From IMG/VR virus record IMGVR_UViG_3300046534_001193, positions 17,992 to 81,991 of that record: 64,000 nt of DNA, one strand, 5' to 3'. This DNA is from a virus. Of the stretch, positions 58,444-64,000 are shown in pieces. The position numbers and the translations under genes are program-made. Positions within the stretch are counted from its first letter, which is position 1, and each line of letters begins with the position of its first letter. A model generated the notes under the pieces. The model did no database searches. It saw only the letters and a list, made by a program, of their open reading frames with translations, and was not told where the DNA came from.

Positions 58444-58752
58444 CTAAAACGAATTTTTGTAACTGTTAATTTCAACGTGCATATTAATAATGCATTCAGT
58501 CCACGTTATAAGTAGTAGATTTCTGAGTTTCCCCACTCTAATTTCCTCGTCAGGGATTAGCTTTATTTCTTCCCATTTCTTTGTGAACTCACGATAGTCT
58601 GAGTAGAAATGGCATATAGCCGCAGATACTACCGAAGGTGGCGCACTCTGTATGTCTAGTTGTGGTATTTTTGTACCTTCTGGGTGCCTAGCTTGCGCAG
58701 AAATAGTGAATACCAATGCTGCTGCTAATAGTGCTAATCTAATCTTATTCAT
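58444..58752 (-). CDS. secreted/periplasmic protein
   Basis: Signal peptide MNKIRLALLAAALVFTISAQA|; two Cys. Confidence 0.6.
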   Translation of the reverse strand: MNKIRLALLAAALVFTISAQARHPEGTKIPQLDIQSAPPSVVSAAICHFYSDYREFTKKWEEIKLIPDEEIRVGKLRNLLLITWTECIINMHVEINSYKNSF

Positions 58753-58790
58753 TTTATTTATTCCCTTGTGATTAATTGAAGTTGTTATAT

Positions 58791-59525
58791 TCAGGTTTTT
58801 GACTCGCAAGTAAATCCACAGTCTCCTGGTGAATCCCTTTTAAAGTTACCTCTGTCGGGTTCTAAATCGTCTAAAAACACGGGGCCATTTTTATCCTTAC
58901 AAATCGCGTGCCCTACATAGCGTTCGGTTTTTGCCATCTTGTCGAAAGCCTCAGGAAAATCTACGCGAATAGCATTCCAGTACCCCATTCCACCCTTAAT
59001 GCACCCAACACAATTATTATTAGCATACCCTAGCCGGTACATTATCGGCAAGGTGAAACCCATAGAGTTAAACCACGCCATGCAATCTGGCTTGGTGATC
59101 TCTTTGTCCACTAAGATAAAATCTGTGTCAACGTCGTTATTTGAATCTATGAAACGGTCTACGCGGTGCATTTCATCGATAGTGTAGCCAAATATTTGAA
59201 CGTCATTTGCGCGCTGGTAAGCCTTACGAACGTTCTTTTTTAAGACCATAGTGCAGGGTGCGCCAGTCGGACCTTTGATAAATTTTCTAGAGTGAAATAC
59301 TTTAAATATTGAGTAGCCCATTGATTCGTCACCAATAATTTTTACCTTTATTCCTGTCTTGGCTACAAACTCGTTAAGAAATCTAAGGTTATCTTCTGAC
59401 TCTTCTTTAACTCGGCAGTAGACGGCCTCAAGTCTATCCCCGTATTTTTCAGCCGCAAGACATGTTGCGTAAGCGCTTGCCGCCCCACAACTGAACCAGC
59501 TTACTACTCTATTTTCTGTTTTCAT
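58791..59525 (-). CDS. PAPS-reductase-like adenine nucleotide alpha-hydrolase family protein
   Basis: SWFSCGAASA PP-loop variant, APCT..LKK, NNNCVGCIKGG, CGFTC. Confidence 0.75.
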   Translation of the reverse strand: MKTENRVVSWFSCGAASAYATCLAAEKYGDRLEAVYCRVKEESEDNLRFLNEFVAKTGIKVKIIGDESMGYSIFKVFHSRKFIKGPTGAPCTMVLKKNVRKAYQRANDVQIFGYTIDEMHRVDRFIDSNNDVDTDFILVDKEITKPDCMAWFNSMGFTLPIMYRLGYANNNCVGCIKGGMGYWNAIRVDFPEAFDKMAKTERYVGHAICKDKNGPVFLDDLEPDRGNFKRDSPGDCGFTCESKT

Positions 59526-59806
59526 AGTCCACCTAAATTAAACCTAGTTTTAAGATCGCCAATATGATCACACAAAATACTTAATTTTGACTGTGAATTA
59601 TCAAGATTTTGTTTAAACCGTACCTCAGCTTCTGCTTTTTCTTTTCTGAGGCTTACTGTCATGCTTTTCCAGTAGAATATTTCACCATTTAATAGTGAAT
59701 ACATGCTTTTACTCTCGGCTTTACTTACTTTAAGATCATCCTCAAGATGTTTGATACGAATTTCCATCCCATTGATCTGTGCATCTTTTTCTTTCATTTC
59801 ATTCAC
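59522..59806 (-). CDS. coiled-coil hypothetical protein
   Basis: Heptad pattern; ATGA-coupled downstream. Confidence 0.6.
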   Translation of the reverse strand: MNEMKEKDAQINGMEIRIKHLEDDLKVSKAESKSMYSLLNGEIFYWKSMTVSLRKEKAEAEVRFKQNLDNSQSKLSILCDHIGDLKTRFNLGGL

Positions 59807-59837
59807 TTTTATTAGTTAATTTTAAAGTTTGTTTTAC

Positions 59838-60107
59838 CTACGTAACTGCGCCTATAACTTTTTCTATTGCTATAGAAACCTTTGCACCAAATATAGAACC
59901 GCTGACAGTACCGATGATGTAGGGAAGTAATAACCAATAAGTTAAATCTGCGGTTACTAATTCATGCATAGTTAAAAACCAAATTCCATTACTAAAAACA
60001 GAACATATTGCGTGATAAGTCATGTTATTCCTGTTTCTAGACCTGGAAACCATCGTAAAAGAAACGTTCTGGACAAAAGCTAATAAAAGTATTGTTAAAA
60101 TAGACAT
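59838..60107 (-). CDS. conserved 3-TM membrane protein
   Basis: AFVQNVSFTMVSRSRNR, FSNGIWF, GTVSGS. Confidence 0.7.
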   Translation of the reverse strand: MSILTILLLAFVQNVSFTMVSRSRNRNNMTYHAICSVFSNGIWFLTMHELVTADLTYWLLLPYIIGTVSGSIFGAKVSIAIEKVIGAVT

Positions 60108-60147
60108 TTCTAATTCTCCGCTGTACCCTTATTTTTGATACTGGTAG

Positions 60148-60312
60148 TTACTTGACACTAACACACATGTACCAACCTGGCAGATGTGACTTGTCATCGA
60201 AAGATACCCAACCATTAACAATGAGAATAGCCATTACAAACACTATCAGCACCACCGACTCGGTAATCTTGGTTCGAATGCTGCGTGTCTTAATTGGGTT
60301 ATCCATGGTCAT
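60148..60312 (-). CDS. 54-aa single-TM protein not in ORF track
   Basis: GAGGG RBS; MTMDNPIK...VVLIVFVMAILIVNGW. Confidence 0.5.
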   Translation of the reverse strand: MTMDNPIKTRSIRTKITESVVLIVFVMAILIVNGWVSFDDKSHLPGWYMCVSVK

Positions 60313-60345
60313 TCCCTCTCAATTCTTAGTTGGTCTTGAGCTGAC

Positions 60346-60374
60346 ATAATCAGCCTTGGGGGCTGACATGTCAA
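60346..60374 (-). promoter_or_regulatory. sigma70 promoter with palindromic spacer
   Basis: TTGACA-17bp-GATTAT; tcagcc-ttggg-ggctga. Confidence 0.55.
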
Positions 60375-60398
60375 CAAGTTATTTAATTATTTTTAAGT

Positions 60399-60719
60399 TC
60401 AGTGCAATCCGCTTGGGCGGTGTAATTTTATTTTCAATTCATTCTGCATTTCAAGTCTCAGCTCGAGCATTTGAACTTCTGGCTGGTCGCGTAGATCTCT
60501 CAGTTGCTCTTTAAGGTCTGCTATTTCAGCCTCTTGCTGGACTCCTGTCGACGTTAACAAAGTTATGTGGTCTTCCAGCTTCAGTATTTGAAACTTATGA
60601 AGATCCTCAATCGAGTGGTGGGACTGGGACCCACCCTCCAGTTCAATCAGCTGCGGTTTATGGGAACAATTAACCCTTAACCACACTAATACATCTAGAA
60701 AATTCACTCGGGCTTCCAA
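60399..60719 (-). CDS. coiled-coil hypothetical protein
   Basis: ORF in operon orientation. Confidence 0.5.
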   Translation of the reverse strand: MEARVNFLDVLVWLRVNCSHKPQLIELEGGSQSHHSIEDLHKFQILKLEDHITLLTSTGVQQEAEIADLKEQLRDLRDQPEVQMLELRLEMQNELKIKLHRPSGLH

Positions 60720-60949
60720 CCCTTCGGCATCTTTGCAGTGGCACTGCCTGCTAAATCCTCAGCGTCTTTAACAGGTCTCACCCTAGCTGACTCGAGTGCT
60801 GCCGCAGTTAAGGCTAAGGAGGCTGCAAACTCACGTACCTTAGGTGCGTCGTCAGGGTGACACCAAATCTTCGGGTGCCTCAACCCTGCGGCGACGCGTC
60901 TATTTTTGTATGCTTCAGTCGTTAAAGCAGTTTTTGATCTCTCGGTCAT
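60704..60949 (-). CDS. small DNA-binding protein (ribbon-helix-helix / DUF3018-like)
   Basis: YKNRRVAAGLRHPKIWCHPDD motif; start MTERSK. Confidence 0.55.
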   Translation of the reverse strand: MTERSKTALTTEAYKNRRVAAGLRHPKIWCHPDDAPKVREFAASLALTAAALESARVRPVKDAEDLAGSATAKMPKGWKPE

Positions 60950-60989
60950 AATCAGGTTCTCTTTTATTAGTTTTAAAAAATGGGGCTTG

Positions 60990-61018
60990 AGTTTAAGCCC
61001 CTGACTTATTTTTGTCAA
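60990..61018 (-). promoter_or_regulatory. sigma70 promoter
   Basis: TTGACA-17bp-TAAACT. Confidence 0.7.
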
Positions 61019-61045
61019 CAAGTCCTTGTAGTTAAAGATAAAATG

Positions 61046-61438
61046 CTAAGCACTTGCACCAGAAAATAATGGGTCGGGCTCTTCGCCTAATGCTTCACCA
61101 GAAAATAATGGGTCGGGCTCTTCGCCTAATGCTTCACCAGAAAATAATGGGTCGGGCTCTTCGCCTAAAGCTTCCATCCTGTCTTCGTACAAGTGCATCG
61201 CTGACAGGTCTCTACGCTCTTTGACTGAGCGACGATGTTCTCGGTGGTACGCCATATCGCAAAGGACGCACTTTTTACTGCTAGCGTAGCGCACTGTGAC
61301 TCCAGAAGCGTGGTGAGAGTCATCTTCGCAGAGTTCGCCTAGCAAATATCTTGAGGGTAGCGGCGTAACACCGGTTGCCCACCTGGTAATTCTTTTACGC
61401 ATATCTGTCACGGGATAATCAAAGTTTACATTTTCCAT
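61046..61438 (-). CDS. zinc-finger-like protein (C..H, RY..S..CVLC) with C-terminal repeats
   Basis: Motif found at N-termini of phage HNH proteins; GAGG RBS. Confidence 0.6.
   Translation of the reverse strand: MENVNFDYPVTDMRKRITRWATGVTPLPSRYLLGELCEDDSHHASGVTVRYASSKKCVLCDMAYHREHRRSVKERRDLSAMHLYEDRMEALGEEPDPLFSGEALGEEPDPLFSGEALGEEPDPLFSGASA
61057..61174. repeat. three tandem 39-bp repeats (EALGEEPDPLFSG)
   Basis: caccagaaaataatgggtcgggctcttcgcctaa at 61057, 61096, 61135. Confidence 0.95.
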
Positions 61439-61464
61439 TTTTAACCACCTCTTTGCTTGTTAGT

Positions 61465-61626
61465 TTAAAAACACTGGGAATTCTTGCCTTTGCCTCGCTT
61501 CTGCTGACGCCAGTAGGGCCGGTCAACACGTTTTAATATAAGTGCCGGAACCCAACTAGGTTGAGCCTGAATAATCATAACTTGGTTTAGCAATGTGCTG
61601 GCTTTGGACCTTGTTGGGATCGACAT
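61465..61626 (-). CDS. 53-aa basic protein not in ORF track
   Basis: GGAG RBS; MSIPTRSK...RPYWRQQKRGKGK. Confidence 0.5.
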   Translation of the reverse strand: MSIPTRSKASTLLNQVMIIQAQPSWVPALILKRVDRPYWRQQKRGKGKNSQCF

Positions 61627-61638
61627 TTTAATCTCCGG

Positions 61639-61968
61639 TTACTTAAATAGTTCTAGGTTTAACATGCGGTTAGAAAAGAAAAATGCTTTTTCGCAGTCGC
61701 GCAATGCGGAGTTATTTGCTTTTACATTACCTTTTCGTTCAGCGGCTTTACGCCATATCGCTTTGAAAATATTAGACTCGTGAACTGTCATGTCCAACGC
61801 TTCCATTATATCTAAGCACTCCGCACTGTATGCCGCGCCTAATGATACAGGGTGTGGAATATGTGTAATGTAGTAAGACGAACTTAAACCTGAGTCTTCA
61901 ATTTTAATTTTTACTTTCTTTTTGGACTGTTTGCCGTGTGAGTTTGCAGTAGTTGCTATAGTTGGCAT
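61639..61968 (-). CDS. DUF3310/SaV-like protein
   Basis: SSYY, ECLDIMEAL.M..HESNIFKAIWR, DCEKAFFF. Confidence 0.65.
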   Translation of the reverse strand: MPTIATTANSHGKQSKKKVKIKIEDSGLSSSYYITHIPHPVSLGAAYSAECLDIMEALDMTVHESNIFKAIWRKAAERKGNVKANNSALRDCEKAFFFSNRMLNLELFK

Positions 61969-61972
61969 AATT

Positions 61973-62236
61973 TTAGTTCTCCTCAATAGTTGTAACACTA
62001 TCAAGGCGAAAAGATCTCCATCCGCCATCGTCAATAGACCAGACAGCGATAACGTCGGGGTTAGGGGCCTTAGCCTTTACAGGTGACAAAGCCGCTGCAT
62101 CAGCAGGTGGAAGAGGCGGTAGGTGCTTGGCATTCAATGTGCACTTCATCACTCGAAGGTCGCCATTTGCTTTCTTGAACGTGACTACTTTGATGTCAGT
62201 TTGAAGTAGCTCGGTCATTTCTTTTTTATTTAACAT
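61973..62236 (-). CDS. SH3/WYL-like beta-barrel protein
   Basis: VTFKKANGDLRVMKCTL, DGGWRSFRLDSV. Confidence 0.75.
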   Translation of the reverse strand: MLNKKEMTELLQTDIKVVTFKKANGDLRVMKCTLNAKHLPPLPPADAAALSPVKAKAPNPDVIAVWSIDDGGWRSFRLDSVTTIEEN

Positions 62237-62266
62237 TTTGCTTTCCTGGTTGATTAAAGAAACTTG

Positions 62267-62295
62267 ATATTAAGGTGAGGGGCTGAGCTTGTCAA
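62267..62295 (-). promoter_or_regulatory. sigma70 promoter
   Basis: TTGACA-17bp-TAATAT. Confidence 0.75.
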
Positions 62296-62313
62296 CCCCT
62301 AATTGAAGTAATT

Positions 62314-62562
62314 TTAAAGTGGTCGCCGGCTTAGGCAACTGAGCTTGATACCCTTCTTTTGATAGCCGCACATGAGAGTTGCTAGCAGCCCGAAGCAACC
62401 GAAGTAAGAGGCTCGTAAGGCGAAAATTCTATGCTCTCTAAACTTTGTCTCAGCGACTCGCCAGTGCACAGATTGCATGTAGGTCAGGATGTAGCAGTAG
62501 GTCAGTAACCCACAGGCTAGCCAGCCTATTGCAATTGCTATCATAATCATTGGTGTGCTCAT
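62314..62562 (-). CDS. small membrane protein
   Basis: Two hydrophobic segments; GGAG RBS. Confidence 0.55.
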   Translation of the reverse strand: MSTPMIMIAIAIGWLACGLLTYCYILTYMQSVHWRVAETKFREHRIFALRASYFGCFGLLATLMCGYQKKGIKLSCLSRRPL

Positions 62563-62582
62563 TTTTATCTCCGGTTGTGAGG

Positions 62583-62822
62583 CTAAACGCCCGCAAGTTT
62601 CATTGCTGCAGAACGAAGCCTAGCATTAAACCAACGCCTGACTACATAACTGCGAACAACGCTGATCAACGTAAACCAAAGCGTTATGCCCAAGTTTGAA
62701 CTGATTGAAATATCGATATCGAACATTGGGAAAATTAGCAGCTGCGAGGACAACGCCACAACAAATCCAATCAGTATGTTAATGGCTGACTCGTACAGGG
62801 AGCCTAGCTTTGATTGTTGCAT
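62583..62822 (-). CDS. conserved 2-TM phage membrane protein
   Basis: QSKLGSLYESAINILIGF...FTLISVVRSYVVRRWFN. Confidence 0.75.
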   Translation of the reverse strand: MQQSKLGSLYESAINILIGFVVALSSQLLIFPMFDIDISISSNLGITLWFTLISVVRSYVVRRWFNARLRSAAMKLAGV

Positions 62823-62837
62823 AATTTTATCTCTCCT

Positions 62838-63185
62838 TTATTGGGCTATCTCAACACGAAAACGTGCACTGCAGTCTTGGCAAATCCGTCTCTCAAATTC
62901 ACCGTCCTCGCTTTCGTAGACGCAAATGCTGTCAGGATGCAAGCAGGGTTCATAGCTCTCCTTTAAATCGGCGTGCTTATAATCGTAGGCACTAACTTCT
63001 GGCTTGTCTTTCCCTGCGACATCGAAGCACCAAAATACAAAATGTTCAGTTTCAATGTGGTCTACTTCCCATCCGCACACCTTCGCTGCCTCTGCTAAGG
63101 TTTTTAAAAACTCATCAGATAAAAGAGGCTTTAACTCGCTTATCTTTAAAGCGGCTCTTTTGTCGAAATTGCTTTCGTTTTGCAT
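62838..63185 (-). CDS. hypothetical protein with C-terminal zinc ribbon
   Basis: CLHP...CQDC; start MQNESNF. Confidence 0.6.
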   Translation of the reverse strand: MQNESNFDKRAALKISELKPLLSDEFLKTLAEAAKVCGWEVDHIETEHFVFWCFDVAGKDKPEVSAYDYKHADLKESYEPCLHPDSICVYESEDGEFERRICQDCSARFRVEIAQ

Positions 63186-63208
63186 CCTATCTCTCCGTTG
63201 GGTTACTG

Positions 63209-63391
63209 CTACCAGCAATCGCTGATAATCTCTGAACAGTCATTAGCGACTCTGGAAATAGCGCATGCTAAGTGATAGCCTAAACTTGTAATCAGAACAA
63301 AAGGCACCAAAATTATAGTTGCTGATCTTCTTAGCCACTTTCTTTCTACGTCGGGCAATGGGACATTCATTTCTTGTCTTAATGTTCTCAT
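63209..63391 (-). CDS. small membrane protein
   Basis: One TM; GGAG RBS. Confidence 0.5.
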   Translation of the reverse strand: MRTLRQEMNVPLPDVERKWLRRSATIILVPFVLITSLGYHLACAISRVANDCSEIISDCW

Positions 63392-63559
63392 TTAGAATTC
63401 TCCTGCAAGTACAGCTTCAAAGAGCTTTTTAATCACCAAGTAAAGCACGTAAGGTGGCAAGACAATAGCCAAAGTTGTCAGACAGAAGCCTTTGGCCATA
63501 ACAATGAGGGCTATCCATCCAATGATTATCAGTGGTAACCAAGGTCTTAGGTATTTCAT
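63392..63559 (-). CDS. small membrane protein
   Basis: GAGG RBS before MKYLRPW; two TM segments. Confidence 0.55.
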   Translation of the reverse strand: MKYLRPWLPLIIIGWIALIVMAKGFCLTTLAIVLPPYVLYLVIKKLFEAVLAGEF

Positions 63560-63927
63560 TCTGAATTTCCTCTCTGAGTAGGTGCCACTATCGGCTTTCT
63601 TGTAGAGTTCCACTGGTCTTCATACGCGTCTGCCATGTGGAACGGGTCTTCGTATACCACATCAAAAGAGGGTTCAAATCCTTCCGGCAATCCTTCGTCT
63701 GTTTCTCTTGCGCGGAGAGTCAGCATGCCAGCACATTCTTTTTCTGAACCGTAGATAAACGTATCGCCTTCTTCATCTCTGCACGTTGTTTTGTGGCAAG
63801 GGAACGTCTGCCTTGTATTTCTTGCCACAGATGCTATATCCCAAGCCTTTTCAGGGTGTAGAAAAGGTCGGACATCCAATCTAAACGGACAATGTAAGCA
63901 AGGCTTCTTCATGTAGGTTTTGCCCAT
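63556..63927 (-). CDS. conserved Cys/His metal-binding phage protein
   Basis: KKPCLHCPFR, FPCHKT, ECAG. Confidence 0.7.
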   Translation of the reverse strand: MGKTYMKKPCLHCPFRLDVRPFLHPEKAWDIASVARNTRQTFPCHKTTCRDEEGDTFIYGSEKECAGMLTLRARETDEGLPEGFEPSFDVVYEDPFHMADAYEDQWNSTRKPIVAPTQRGNSE

Positions 63928-64000
63928 TACGATTCACCTCTCTGAGTAGGTGTTTGTGGGCGTGCGTGTCCCCATGCTCTGACCCTATCAGCGTCCTCGG
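63927..64000 (-). CDS. 3' end of a gene running off the window
   Basis: Open frame ...EDADRVRAWGHARPQTPTQRGES* coupled by TAATG. Confidence 0.5.
   Translation of the reverse strand, partial: EDADRVRAWGHARPQTPTQRGES

Noticed and set aside
61057-61174. 39-bp repeats as a mini CRISPR array
   Set aside because: Units are contiguous with no spacers, in frame within a CDS, and no cas genes are present.
35115-63225. Plus-strand ORFs inside the replication/early arm (e.g. 40918-41487, 54628-55011)
   Set aside because: Antisense shadows of well-supported minus-strand genes.
1-64000. Prophage / temperate lifestyle
   Set aside because: No integrase, repressor or host genes seen; the part of the genome outside the window cannot be assessed.
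1-64000. Stop-codon reassignment
   Set aside because: Core genes are full length in the standard code and TAA, TAG and TGA all end genes at sensible boundaries.
1-64000. tRNA genes, introns or inteins
   Set aside because: No cloverleaf with T-loop GTTCRA seen in intergenic gaps; terminase, polymerase and helicases are uninterrupted, and the polymerase insertion lacks intein end motifs.

Overview
The window is most of the genome of a long-tailed dsDNA phage (siphovirus architecture), probably virulent: no integrase or repressor is visible. Sigma70-type promoters and a signal-peptide outer-membrane-like gene suggest a Gram-negative host. The + arm (1-35014) holds lambda-GpA-type terminase, portal, S49 protease with nested scaffold, decoration and major capsid genes, neck, tail tube, chaperone with a -1 frameshift, tape measure, tail tip, two fibres sharing one anchor, lysis genes and a 9.5-kb extra structural module. 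The - arm (35015-64000) holds SbcCD-like nuclease, resolvase, a divergent Pol I-like polymerase, Dda and SNF2 helicases, SSB-like protein, methylase, primase-helicase and about 35 small early genes. Two features stand out. (1) The phage carries separately expressed, truncated copies of its own core proteins: a mini-capsid C-terminus, a helicase ATPase domain with a Walker-B E-to-Q change fused to the SSB promoter/start, and possibly a terminase Walker-A peptide. These may be decoys or dominant-negative inhibitors. (2) A post-lysis module has two proteins built from the same 22-23-aa repeat (10 and 5 copies), each next to a different large adhesin-like protein, suggesting a ruler-templated appendage kit. 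Also seen: duplicated gene-boundary sequences, a recurring 12-bp operator-like motif, a PagL-like half-barrel moron and a candidate structured RNA. All family calls come from motif recognition by eye; no database search was run.
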